A stretch of DNA of 64,000 nt, taken from contig OZ245046.1 in the NCBI GenBank assembly GCA_965224245.1, forward strand, positions 4,912,484-4,976,483, in the 5' to 3' direction. Source of the stretch: Candidatus Eiseniibacteriota bacterium (GTDB taxonomy: Bacteria; Eisenbacteria; RBG-16-71-46; CAZAMP01). Positions 48,600 to 58,642 of the stretch are shown here, one piece after another. The first letter of the stretch is position 1, and the number at the start of each line of letters is the position of its first letter. Under the pieces are notes generated by a model. It ran no database searches. It saw only the letters and a program-made list of their open reading frames with translations, and had not been told where the DNA came from. A program made the translations under genes and the position numbers.

Positions 48600-51563
48600 G
48601 AGGTAGATCAGGCCGGCCCAGTGGTACGGATGGGGGTACGTGCTTGTTACGCTGCGTTTTGCGTCGGCGAGTGCGCTCAGCTTTCCCCCGAGGCCGGCGG
48701 CCGCGAGTCGTTCGTAGAAAGCATCCATGACCACGGCGGTCGCGGCGTCGTCGACGGGCCAGAGCGTGGCCACGACAGACGGCGCCCCGGCGTAGAAGAA
48801 GCCCCAGGCGACGGAGACCTGACTGTCCCCGACCTCGACGCCACGCCTGGTGTCGCACGCGGAGAGCACCACGAGCTCGGTGTTGGCGAGGCGGCCGCCC
48901 CAGTCGCGAATGAGATCCTCGAGGGTCAGAAACCCGTCGTCGATCGCCGTGGGCACCTCGGGCGGCGTGAAGGCAAGGCAAGCGTCGTACGGCTGTGCGA
49001 TGGAGCCGGCCAGACCGTGCATCGCCAGATGCAGAATGCGTGCGTTCGGCGCCATCGCGCGTGTGTTGGAGATCGTGGCGTCCTCTGCCAGAAGCAGCGA
49101 CGTCGACCGATCGTGGCGTCGGAATGCACGGTCGATCTCGGTCGCCTCCCACCCCGACGCGGCGAGGTCCGGCATCCAGCCGCCGTCGCGGATGAACGCC
49201 TCCAGCGGGCTGCGTTCATCATCGGTGGTCCCCCCACGTGAGGCCGCAAACAACGGCACGACCGAGCGCGCGTACCGGGGATCGGCGGCCATCAACAGAT
49301 CGAGATCGGCTTCTTCAACCCGAGCCCGGCGCCGGCGCTGCAGCTCGTCGTAGACCGCGATGGACTCCACGTACGCGACCGGCGGGCCGACGTCGACGAA
49401 CCGGTCGCGCGTTCCCGGTACCCGAAGCACCTCCAGTGGTACGCCCGAGATCCTGCGATCGAGCGAGCACAGGACGCGCTTCGCGCGTGCGATCGTCGCC
49501 CACACATCCGGCGGAAAGTACGCTGACGCGAGATAGGACTGCAGGGAGTCCGAGGGCTCAATCGCGATCCCGGGCGGCTGCTCGATGAACTGGCGGACCT
49601 GTCGTACCGCCGGTCCCAGCTCGTGCCACGGCACCGTCGACTGCCAGTGGATCGGCTCCGGATCCGTGACGTCGACGAGGAACACCGAGAACCAGTAGGA
49701 GCGCACCGCATAGCTCACATACACGTCGCCGGGTTGGAGTGTGGCGAGGATCTCGTCCCCGGTGAGCGGCGTCTCGGTCGGCCACGCGGCGCGATCGCGC
49801 GAGGCGAGCACGACCTCGAGGCTGTCACGCTCACCGCGGGCGGCCGACAAGCGCTGCTCGAGTGCGCGGAGCTCCGGCGAGCGCACGTCGGATCCCGATC
49901 GACGCCGGAGCTCGAGGTAGCGACGCTCGAGCGCCACCTCGGCTTCTCGTGCACGGCCGACGGCGGTGGCGAGATCGTGCTGCTGCGAGCCGGGCTCGGC
50001 ACGCGTTCGGCGATCGCGGCGCAAGAGGTCCAAGAGTCCGAGCCCGCGGCCGGACTCCGTGATCGCGAGCCCCCGCACGGGATCTCCTTCCTTGGTCTCC
50101 AGCGCTCCCAGCTTCTCGGTGATGGCCTCGATCTCGGCATGGCGTCTGTAGGTCGCCCGCTGGCGCTCGTCGGCATGGTCGGCCGGCATGTTCCGGAAGG
50201 CGAACTCGAGAGCCTCCTCGAGGAGGGGGCGCAGCTCGCCCAGGGTGTCCGGCTCCTCGAGAGCGCAGGCGAGTCGAAACAGCGCCGCGGATCGATTCCA
50301 CCCGGAGCGGCGTCCACCGATCGCGTCGTCCCAGGCCAGCCATCGCCGGATCCAGTAGACCATGCTCTTTTTGTCGAGACGAGACGAGGCACGAGCGGCG
50401 AGGTCGTGATAGAGAAGTCCCCGCAGATTGGAGTCGAGTCGCGTGTGGGACTCGAATTCGCGAACCAGGTCCTCTACCTGTTCGTCCGGCTCGAGAACCG
50501 CGCACGAACGAATGGAGTCGAGCACGATGTGGCTGGAGGGACCGAGACACTCGACGCCGTCGCTCACAACCTCGCCGAACAACGTGACCGCCGCCTCCGG
50601 TGAGCCGCTGTTCGCGAGGTGCTGCGCCAGGCGATACTTCGCGGCGATCGTGGCATAGTGACGGGAGCCGAACGCGGAGTCCGCCCTCGCGACCGCGCGC
50701 TCGTAGAGCCCGAGCGCGTTCGCGCCGTCGCCCTTCATCGAGAGCACGTACGCCAGCCCGATCGTGCCCACGACAGCCGTCGTCACCGATCCGACCGTGT
50801 CGGCCGCCGCGATGCCACGGCGCATGGCGATCTCGGCGGCGTCGAGGGCATTGCTGTAGACGTAGAATCGACTTCGTTCGAGCTGCACGAAGGCGCGGAA
50901 GCCCTCCGGGTCGGGCCGGTCCGCGACGAACGACCCCTCGAGGCGATCCAGGAGGACGCGAGCCGAGTCGAGCTTCGATGTCTCGAGCAATCGCGATACA
51001 TCCGCCATGCGAGCCTCGATCGCGTCGGGGTGTCCATCCCCCAGCGAGGCCACGAGCGCGTCGATCGCTCTCCGGGCGAGCGGATACGCCGCCGCGGGCT
51101 CCTCGGACAGCGACAGCGCCGAGTAGGCGGCGAGGTACGCACGGCCGACCTCCGCGTCGACATCTCCCAGCCACCGCGCCTTCCACTCCGCGACCCTGAG
51201 GCTGCGGCGGTAGGCCTCCCCGGGATCGGCCCCGACGAGGTCCGGATCCCAGGTGATCGGCTCGGTCTCCAGCTGCGAGAGCTCGGTGCGAGCTTCCTCG
51301 GGCAGATCGCAGATCCGCGTCAGTCGGTCGACCAGCGCGCTCGCCTCACGGACGCGCCAGTCGGCCGCCCGCGATGCGCGTAGCGAGTCCAGCTCGGCGT
51401 GCGCGAGGGCCAGAGCGCTCTGGTAACGACCCGCCACGCGCTCCGACGCGATCGTGATCGGCGGGTCTCGGTCCGGCGCGCACGCGAGGAGCACCCCGAC
51501 GGCCAGCCCGCTACCGAGGTACGACCACCTCGAAGAGATGCCGGACCGGATTCGAAGGTGCAT
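48585..51563 (-). CDS. TPR-repeat protein with a C-terminal CHAT (caspase-like) peptidase domain; secreted or lipoprotein.
   Basis: Signal 'YLGSGLAVGVLLACAPD'. N-terminal two-thirds are TPR-like helical repeats. CHAT block 'RILHLAMHG...TELVVLSACDTRRG...GAPSVVATLWPVDDAATAVVMDAFYERL'. Confidence 0.8.
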   Translation of the reverse strand: MHLRIRSGISSRWSYLGSGLAVGVLLACAPDRDPPITIASERVAGRYQSALALAHAELDSLRASRAADWRVREASALVDRLTRICDLPEEARTELSQLETEPITWDPDLVGADPGEAYRRSLRVAEWKARWLGDVDAEVGRAYLAAYSALSLSEEPAAAYPLARRAIDALVASLGDGHPDAIEARMADVSRLLETSKLDSARVLLDRLEGSFVADRPDPEGFRAFVQLERSRFYVYSNALDAAEIAMRRGIAAADTVGSVTTAVVGTIGLAYVLSMKGDGANALGLYERAVARADSAFGSRHYATIAAKYRLAQHLANSGSPEAAVTLFGEVVSDGVECLGPSSHIVLDSIRSCAVLEPDEQVEDLVREFESHTRLDSNLRGLLYHDLAARASSRLDKKSMVYWIRRWLAWDDAIGGRRSGWNRSAALFRLACALEEPDTLGELRPLLEEALEFAFRNMPADHADERQRATYRRHAEIEAITEKLGALETKEGDPVRGLAITESGRGLGLLDLLRRDRRTRAEPGSQQHDLATAVGRAREAEVALERRYLELRRRSGSDVRSPELRALEQRLSAARGERDSLEVVLASRDRAAWPTETPLTGDEILATLQPGDVYVSYAVRSYWFSVFLVDVTDPEPIHWQSTVPWHELGPAVRQVRQFIEQPPGIAIEPSDSLQSYLASAYFPPDVWATIARAKRVLCSLDRRISGVPLEVLRVPGTRDRFVDVGPPVAYVESIAVYDELQRRRRARVEEADLDLLMAADPRYARSVVPLFAASRGGTTDDERSPLEAFIRDGGWMPDLAASGWEATEIDRAFRRHDRSTSLLLAEDATISNTRAMAPNARILHLAMHGLAGSIAQPYDACLAFTPPEVPTAIDDGFLTLEDLIRDWGGRLANTELVVLSACDTRRGVEVGDSQVSVAWGFFYAGAPSVVATLWPVDDAATAVVMDAFYERLAAAGLGGKLSALADAKRSVTSTYPHPYHWAGLIYLGDPD

Positions 51564-52290
51564 CGAGTGGGTCTCCGTTCCACAGAAGGACGGTGTACGG
51601 TCCCGGGATGAACGTGCTGTCGCTGGAGAACGTCACGTCGACCGATCGCGTCGAGCTGCGGCGAAGCACCGCGATCGTGGCGCCGTCGGGAGATGACAGG
51701 GCGATGCACATGGGCGCGTCCGCCACCAGCGGCGGAATGGTCGGTCGGACGGTCAGCTCGAGCTGCCGGGCGGACGGCTCGATCTCGACTCGCGGCGCAG
51801 TACCGCGTGTGCCCGTGAGATCGACGTGTGGGATCAGCTTCGGCGTCGGCCGCAGGAGCGGCACGATGAGCAGCGTGGCCGCGAGCGCCGTGGCGGCACC
51901 GGCCCAGGCGCCGAGCACCCAGCGAAACCGAGAATCTCGAGATCGGTCTGGCCGAGCCGGGTGGCCGGCGGCTCGCGTGTCGTTCGCGGTCCCCAATCGC
52001 GCCTCGGCCCGACACGTGTCACATCGTGCGTAGTGGGCCCGCAGGAGCTGTTGCTCGGACTCGGAGAGCGCTGCGATCGAGTCGGGCCAGCCGACGACGT
52101 ACCGCACCGGAATGTGACCCGGCGACTCCCCGTCGAGCTCCGTCCCCACCATCGCGTCGTACACGAGCCGGTACTCGGGCTGCTCGAGCAGCGCGCGGAA
52201 TCGGACGGCGTCTTCGTGCTCCAGGGTGCCGACCTCGAACGCGAGGACGTGCTCTCGGAACCACGCGAGCGTCTCGGTGCCGTCGCTCAT
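51511..52290 (-). CDS. Membrane-anchored zinc-binding (ZAS-type) anti-sigma factor.
   Basis: HxxxCxxC motif 'LLRAHYARCDTCRAE'. Single TM segment 'WVLGAWAGAATALAATLLIVPLL'. Its start overlaps the sigma-factor stop (ATGA). Confidence 0.7.
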   Translation of the reverse strand: MSDGTETLAWFREHVLAFEVGTLEHEDAVRFRALLEQPEYRLVYDAMVGTELDGESPGHIPVRYVVGWPDSIAALSESEQQLLRAHYARCDTCRAEARLGTANDTRAAGHPARPDRSRDSRFRWVLGAWAGAATALAATLLIVPLLRPTPKLIPHVDLTGTRGTAPRVEIEPSARQLELTVRPTIPPLVADAPMCIALSSPDGATIAVLRRSSTRSVDVTFSSDSTFIPGPYTVLLWNGDPLDAPSNPVRHLFEVVVPR

Positions 52291-52820
52291 AGGAATCTCC
52301 GGAACCTCTCGAGGGTCGGCAGCCGGCCCTCGTCAATGGCTCGCTTCAGGCGACCCACGCAACGCATCCATCTCGCCCGGACGGCCCCCGGCTTCTCGTG
52401 CCCACTCCGCGCGACGGCCTCCCACGACTCGGACGAGAAGTAGGCGCGCGCGAGTGCCGCGCACGGCGGATGCTCCTCTTCGAAGAGCTCCACGACGAGC
52501 ACGCGTATCAGCGAGACGTCCTCGGGTGACATCGCATCGATGCTCTCCGTCGCCGCCGGATCGGGAGCGCCCGCCGTCGCATGCGGGACCTCGATCGCCG
52601 AGCGCCGATAGTGACGTCTGAGCCACGTGTCCAGCGCGCGCCTGACCACGACACGCGCGAGCGCGTCGAGGTTCTGGACCTTCTGAGACCGGGCGACACG
52701 CCAGAGACGCACCATGCCCTCCTGGGCGACCTCGGCCCGATCCGCGGCCTGCCGTCGGGGCATGAGGTCGTCGACCGCCCGCTGGCATGCGTCCCGAATG
52801 TCGCGCAGGTCCACGTCCAC
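52287..52820 (-). CDS. ECF-family RNA polymerase sigma factor (sigma-70 regions 2 and 4).
   Basis: Region-2-like 'EVAQEGMVRLWRVARS...LARVVVRRALDTWLRR'. Region-4-like 'SWEAVARSGHEKPGAVRARWMRCVGRLKRAI'. 177 aa. Confidence 0.75.
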   Translation of the reverse strand: MDVDLRDIRDACQRAVDDLMPRRQAADRAEVAQEGMVRLWRVARSQKVQNLDALARVVVRRALDTWLRRHYRRSAIEVPHATAGAPDPAATESIDAMSPEDVSLIRVLVVELFEEEHPPCAALARAYFSSESWEAVARSGHEKPGAVRARWMRCVGRLKRAIDEGRLPTLERFRRFL

Positions 52821-52937
52821 GTTTGTGATCTCGGAGTGTCATGGCCATCGTTCCCGGGACTACACGCGTGGCGGTCACGCGCGCGCCGCTCGGTCGGGGA
52901 ACGATAGCCAATCGACAGGGAGACTCCCAACTCTTCC

Positions 52938-54953
52938 TCAGTGGCCATACGGATCCTCGGCGTGGTAGGGGTCCGCTGCATCGAGCTGCTCGACCGCGTC
53001 GGCGTCGCCGAGCCCACCTATTCCATCCATCTCCTGGAGACAGTCGAGGGCCATGGCCAGCACGTTGCACCCCGAGCACGACAGCGTCTCCAGAACGGAT
53101 GCGGCACCGTCCTCGGCGCCGGGTGGCACGGGCAGCACCGACGACCCCGACGCCATGAGCCCCATGAGCTCTTGCATGTACCCCATCGCATCTTCGACCG
53201 ACCTGGCGAGGTAGTCGCATACGATGTCTCGGGCCTCGCCGCACGGACGGCACTCGGGATCGCGATCCTCCTCGAACGCCTCGAGGTAGTAGCCCCACGG
53301 ACACTCGTCACAGGGATCGACGACCGGGACACAGCCGAGCTCTGGATCCCAGTGTCCGCCGCAAAGCTCGACGCAGCTCCCATCGGCATCGCGGGCCATC
53401 CCCGGGCCGCAGTCGGGCTCGCAGCGACACGTCACGAAGTTCGGCCGTTCCCCAGGAGGGCATGTCTTCGCACAGCGATCGGTGCACTCCCCGGTGAGCG
53501 GGTTGAGTGCGCGTCCCGGGCACGGACCCGTGGCCACCGGCTCCTCCTCGCCGGACGTCGGGGTCTCGACGTCATCGGGAGGTGTGTTCTCCACGAGGTC
53601 GCTTCCACCCGGCCCGCCACCGGTCGGACCGCCGGCAACGGGGACACACTCGCCACGTCCGTGATCCGCAACGGTGCCCTCTGGACACTTGCAGGTGTCC
53701 TGGACGACCTCACTTCCGGCGAAGCAGTCACATGTCCGGGACCATTCGTCGAACGTCGCGTCGCCATCGCAGATGCACGTCTCGAGACCCGGATCGTACG
53801 ATGCCGTGGCGGCTCCGCAGTTGCACTCCAAGGCCTTACGGTCGTGGACCAGTGCCTCGTTCTCGCACTGACACGTACCGGCGACCGTCCGAACGGCGCC
53901 GGGAGGACAATCACAGCGCGCCTCCACGTCGTTCCAGATCATGCCGCGTTGCTGACAGCGATTGAAGAAGCCACAGACGACGCCTTTCAGGCGTTGCTTC
54001 GCATCGAGTCCGGTGAACAGCTCGTACACATCCGCCCATCCGAAGAGGGGGACACAGATGACGTCGCTTCCGGATAGCCTGAAGGTGCCGGCCAGGTCGC
54101 GAATGGACTCGAGCCGTTCGAGTCCGGCCTCGCCGACGTGGCACAGACCGCTGAGCATGAGCCTGGCCGCGGCAAGTGCGCGAAGAGCGCCGCCCGACAG
54201 ATCCTCGTCCTCCACCGCGAGATCGATCAGCAGCTGCATGCGCTTGCAGGCGGCGTCGAGCGCCATCTTCATCTTGTCGGTTCCCGCGCCACTGAACCCG
54301 ACGATGTCGCAGGCCCCTTCCATCGTCGTCCACAACAGCTCCAGGTCGGAAAGGCAGGGACCGGCGTCGGCCCAGTCGTCGGCGCGGGAGCGAAAGGTCG
54401 GCTCGTCGCGAAGTGGCGAGGTCTGGGTAACGGCATCGAACGCCGCGGTCGGACCACCGTAGTCGACACGCTCGGTCAGGCCGCGGGGGACGACGACGCT
54501 CTCGCGCACGATCGAGCCCGCCAGAGCGTCCACCGTGAACGATGCGTCGATCGGCGGATCCGTGCTCCAGAGACGGAGATCGATCGACGCCGCTTCCTCG
54601 CTCGCGGACCGGAAGACGATCTCGTCTCGCGACGGTAGCGTCCACTCCACCGCGTCCTGATCGAACTCGACGCCGAAGGTGAGGTAGCCGTCGGGGCTCA
54701 CCAGCGTGTATCCGGTCAGGTGGTCGATGTCCCCGCGGAGCCACAGGACCGAGCCGTCGGTGAGCGCGAGCGCAGCCACGACGTCCGGCGGACCGGAACG
54801 CGGATCCGCGAGCCCGATGAGCGTCGTGCCCGTCGGCGGCAGCAGCTGGTCGAGCAGAACGTCCGGGGTCGAGCCCGCGCTCGCCCCCGAGGGGTGCCCG
54901 ACAGCAACCAGGAGTGCCATCAGTCCGCCGAGGTGTGTGGTTCGCCGCCACAT
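52938..54953 (-). CDS. Secreted cysteine-rich protein with EGF/laminin-like Cys repeats.
   Basis: Signal peptide 'MWRRTTHLGGLMALLVAVGHPSGASA' (start at 54953; the listed ORF extends to 54998). C-terminal half 'CDCPPGAVRTVAGTCQCENE...CNCGAATASYDPGLETCICDGDATFDEWSRTCDCFAG...CKCPEGT...CTDRCAKTCPPGERPNFVTCRCEPDCGPG'. Confidence 0.55.
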   Translation of the reverse strand: MWRRTTHLGGLMALLVAVGHPSGASAGSTPDVLLDQLLPPTGTTLIGLADPRSGPPDVVAALALTDGSVLWLRGDIDHLTGYTLVSPDGYLTFGVEFDQDAVEWTLPSRDEIVFRSASEEAASIDLRLWSTDPPIDASFTVDALAGSIVRESVVVPRGLTERVDYGGPTAAFDAVTQTSPLRDEPTFRSRADDWADAGPCLSDLELLWTTMEGACDIVGFSGAGTDKMKMALDAACKRMQLLIDLAVEDEDLSGGALRALAAARLMLSGLCHVGEAGLERLESIRDLAGTFRLSGSDVICVPLFGWADVYELFTGLDAKQRLKGVVCGFFNRCQQRGMIWNDVEARCDCPPGAVRTVAGTCQCENEALVHDRKALECNCGAATASYDPGLETCICDGDATFDEWSRTCDCFAGSEVVQDTCKCPEGTVADHGRGECVPVAGGPTGGGPGGSDLVENTPPDDVETPTSGEEEPVATGPCPGRALNPLTGECTDRCAKTCPPGERPNFVTCRCEPDCGPGMARDADGSCVELCGGHWDPELGCVPVVDPCDECPWGYYLEAFEEDRDPECRPCGEARDIVCDYLARSVEDAMGYMQELMGLMASGSSVLPVPPGAEDGAASVLETLSCSGCNVLAMALDCLQEMDGIGGLGDADAVEQLDAADPYHAEDPYGH

Positions 54954-55014
54954 GGGATCCTCCCGGAGTGAGGCGGAGCGAAGCGCCGGCGGCGGCACCT
55001 CGCCCCGCCGACGG

Positions 55015-55596
55015 TCATGGGATGTCGAATGTGATGCCGCCCAGGACCGACGTGCCGCCGAGCCCCGCGGTCTGGTGGCGTATCTCGAGAAACCCGCTGA
55101 CGCCCTCCGACACGGGGGCCTCGAGACCGGCCAGGAGATTCGCGCCGGTCTCGGTACCCTCCAGCCGCTTCGCGCCCGGCACCCCGGCCACGTCCGCGCC
55201 CAGCGAGGTCGTCACGGCACCGATGCCGCCGCCCACGTAGATGTCGGTGGTCCCATCGCGGGGAATGAAGTACCGCGCGTCGACATTCAGAGCGACCTCG
55301 CTGAAGTCGAACTCGACGCCCTCCAGCTCGATCCCGTACAGGCTCCTCGTCGTCTGCTTCCAGTAGCTGATGCTCGGGTATATCGCCAGGTTCGGCACCA
55401 GCAAGTCGCCCATGTCCGCGTGCACGCCGAACCCCAACACGCTGTCGATACCGTCCTCCGACGGACTCGTGTACATCACACGACCTCCGATCCGATGGAG
55501 CCCGATCGGGATTGGCTCCTCTTTCTGGGCGAATGCATCCTCGGCGAGCAGTGTCGACGTGAGTGCGGTCAGAGCGATCGTCAACATCTTTCTCAT
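55015..55596 (-). CDS. Outer-membrane beta-barrel protein (OmpA-N/Opa-like).
   Basis: Signal peptide 'MRKMLTIALTALTSTLLAEDAFA'. Alternating beta-strands. C-terminal 'VLGGITFDIP'. Confidence 0.6.
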   Translation of the reverse strand: MRKMLTIALTALTSTLLAEDAFAQKEEPIPIGLHRIGGRVMYTSPSEDGIDSVLGFGVHADMGDLLVPNLAIYPSISYWKQTTRSLYGIELEGVEFDFSEVALNVDARYFIPRDGTTDIYVGGGIGAVTTSLGADVAGVPGAKRLEGTETGANLLAGLEAPVSEGVSGFLEIRHQTAGLGGTSVLGGITFDIP

Positions 55597-55625
55597 CGGT
55601 TCGATCTCCTCTCGTGTCGTTCGAG

Positions 55626-56675
55626 CTAGCTTCCGGACGGGATGACGGTCATGCCTTCTGCCACGGGACTCGAGACGTCGATCACACGCAGGAACGCGAT
55701 CTTCTCCTCGACGTCCACGACCTCGAGCGTGCCGATTGCATGGAGGTCCACGTAGAGCAGCTCACCGGTGTCGGGATCGGAGATCGTCTCGCTCTCACCG
55801 ACGGTGAAGTGCTGACCGACCGAGACCCCTTCACGCAGTCCACGATTGATGATCACGCGCGTCGGCCTGTCGGCGGAGACGATCGTGCCTTCCCACTGGA
55901 CGGCGTCGAGCTGCGCCTCGAGCGTTCGCACTGCATCTGCCAGGCAATCCAGCAGCGCGCTGCCGAGGTTGTCGTCGTCGAGACCTTCGTACCGGCCACC
56001 GCCGATGAGCGGAAGATTCCGTACGCTCACCCGGTTCTGCTTCGCGACGCCGGTGACGTTCTCCGAGGCCGTGACGACTCCGGTCGTCGCGTCGATCATG
56101 TGGATCGTCATCGTGATTCGCGAGGTACGTGACTTGAAGTCGAAGCGCGAGGCTGTGCCCGGGATGGAGATCCCCCCCAACGTGCTGCCTCCGGCGTCGA
56201 TCGTGATCGTGGTGATGTGGGCACGCACCAGGAGCTGCGCCGGCGTGAGTCGACCGACCTCGGCTTGCTTCTTGCCACCGGCGACTCGACCGGAGACGCC
56301 GAAGTCCTGCTCGACCAAGGCGTCCCGCCGCGCGTCGATCCCGCCGATCGTGACAAATCGATCCGAAGCGTGTAGCTGACCGGTGAGGACCGCGGCCACC
56401 GCCGCGCTCAGATCGCCGTAGCGGGAGTGATCCCAGTAGTGCTCCCAACCGGTGGCGTGATTCCGGACCTCACTCACCATGACCGAATACCGGAGACCGC
56501 CTCCGGTGTCGTCTCGAACCGAGCCGCCGTCGGTCTCCGACGACATGGTTCCATCACCCGCCGAGACGCCTGTCTTCGCGCGGATCCGATCACCGCGACC
56601 GGCATCCGCGCCGTCCGGGGCCACGAGTGCCAGACCGACGAGTGTGCCGACGACGGCGAACGCCCTGTTCCACAT
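55626..56675 (-). CDS. CsgG-family (curli-type secretion channel / LpoB-like) protein.
   Basis: 'RYSVMVSEVRNHATGWEHYWDHSRYGDLSAAVAAVLTGQLHASDRFVTIGGIDARRDALVEQDFGVSG' matches the CsgG-family N-terminal pattern (R.AVL.F.N.....W......G..L...L...L..SGRF.V.ER..L..I..EQ..). Confidence 0.55.
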   Translation of the reverse strand: MWNRAFAVVGTLVGLALVAPDGADAGRGDRIRAKTGVSAGDGTMSSETDGGSVRDDTGGGLRYSVMVSEVRNHATGWEHYWDHSRYGDLSAAVAAVLTGQLHASDRFVTIGGIDARRDALVEQDFGVSGRVAGGKKQAEVGRLTPAQLLVRAHITTITIDAGGSTLGGISIPGTASRFDFKSRTSRITMTIHMIDATTGVVTASENVTGVAKQNRVSVRNLPLIGGGRYEGLDDDNLGSALLDCLADAVRTLEAQLDAVQWEGTIVSADRPTRVIINRGLREGVSVGQHFTVGESETISDPDTGELLYVDLHAIGTLEVVDVEEKIAFLRVIDVSSPVAEGMTVIPSGS

Positions 56676-56900
56676 GTCTGCTCCTTGGGTTCGAGTCCAT
56701 CGGACGGTGCTCTCGTCGAGAACGTCGACCGAGGCGGAGGAGTGTTACGGGAGTTCCGCAGAAATGCCGGGAACTCGTGACGTGAGGCGGGGCTTACCTG
56801 TCAGGGACAAGGGCCCCAGGAGGCCACGGTGACGTGACGGGGGACGAGGTGCTGGTATGGACGTTCATCGGTGTCCGCCACGCGAGAACGGTGACCGGGG

Positions 56901-58642
56901 TCAATGAAGGAGGAGCGTGACCCCCGCTCGCACGCGCGACGGAACGAGCCCCGTGACGTCCAGCTCCAGCCTGGGCGATAGGCCGGAGTATCGCAGCCCC
57001 GGCCCGATCGTGAACGGGACGTACCCGACGCGCCCCCGGAATCCCCAGTCGATCGACGACCCGGCATCGGCGCGCGCGACTCCCATCTCGATCCACACCG
57101 ACGGGCGATGCAAGGGACCCCCGAGACCCACCACCGCCGTCGCCGCGGCGACCTCGCGCCCGTCTTGCAGGAAGCGGGGCGACAGCTCCAGCTGGGTGCC
57201 GAGCCAGGCCAGCGCCAGGTGGCGGAGGTATCCCACCGAGATCGCGTGCGCGGCCTCGAGATCGCCGCCCGCGACTCCCGCGCCCAGCGATCCCGACACG
57301 TAGAGCCCCGACATGCTGGGCGGATACCGCACGAGATGCACGAACCGAGTCGACGCCATATCGCGATCGCTCGCGATCGCGTGCGCCGGACCGCGCGCCA
57401 GCCACTCGGCCGGCGATGCCCAGTCGGGGAACGCCGCGGCGGGATGCAGCTCGTCCAGACCGACGAGCGCGCGGCGCGATGCGGGCCCAGCGTCGGACGC
57501 GACGTCGTCCCCGTCGACCGGCGCCGGGCCGATCGACGGATCGTGGAGGCCCTCCTCCCGGAGCTGCGGCCGGTACGCGGCCGGGCGAATCCCGTCCTCG
57601 TCCGGCGTGCCGGCCTTCCGGCGCCAGGCCGCCCAGATCGGGGTCGGGAGCGCGGCCAGCGACCCGAGCCGCTGATCGGTCAGCCACGCCGGACCCGATC
57701 GGTCGGCCGACCACTCCCGGACGATCGTCTCGGGCTCACGACCCAGAGGATCGCGAGCCACCCAGCGGTCCAGGTAGGGCGGCAGCGGGCGCGAGCGCGA
57801 CACGATCGCGGTCAGGAACAGCTCGCGCACCGCCTCCTGCGACGCCGCCATCACCCGGCAGAGGTGCGGGTGGTACCACTCGAGCTGATCGCGGCCGTGC
57901 GCCTGCCACACGTGACCGAGGTGATCGATCACGTAGACCCCGTTGCCGGCGAAGTAGCGTTCGGCGTCGCGCCGGTTCCGCGACAGCGCGAGGAACGGTC
58001 CGGAGCCTCGCGCGTCGAGCATTCGATCGGCGCTCATCGCGTCGACGAGATAGCCCAGCGCCGCGGCCTCGTGGGCGAGCGCGAACGACCAGGCGGGGTC
58101 CGAGGCGAGGGTGTCGGTGGCCATCGCGGCGAATCGCAGCGCGACCACGTGGTTCACCAGGAAGCCACAGACGGCGTTCGGGCCCGGGTCGATCCCGAGC
58201 GGCGTCGTGTGCCCGAGCCATCCCGGATCGAGGGACTCCGAGCCCACGCTCTCGGCGAAGCGCGCTTGTGCATGCGCCCATGCCGTCGCGACGTCCGCGA
58301 CCGTCAGATCGGCGAGCTGTTCGAGGACGGACTCGTCCCGGTCGCGAACGCGCGAGCCCCCACCGGCCCGACTCAGTCGCTCGGCGAGCGAGCCGATCGA
58401 GAGCGTCACGTCACCGGCATCGATCGCACGCGTCGAGTCGAGCCGCACGTCGCCGAACACCCGGGGAAGGTCCTCGACGTCGGGCCGGCAGACGTCGTCG
58501 ATCGCCCGGCTCCGGTACGTGAGGTCGGCGATCATCCGGACCGGGTGGGGGGCCAGGTTCCGGGGCGACGAGCAGCCGGCACCGAGCGCGGCGGCTACGA
58601 CCGCGATGCCGGCGAGGAGTGGTCGGACTCGGCTTCGGGACA
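56901..58642 (-). CDS. Lipoprotein with a beta-rich C-terminal region, unknown function. The listed 897-aa ORF is over-extended.
   Basis: Start ATG 58642, 'MSRSRVRPLLAGIAVVAAALGAGCSSP' (lipobox LGAGC). The upstream 326 codons of the listed ORF are antisense to the dipeptidase gene. C-terminus 'GFRGRVGYVPFTIGPGLRYSGL...AGVTLLLH'. Confidence 0.5.
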
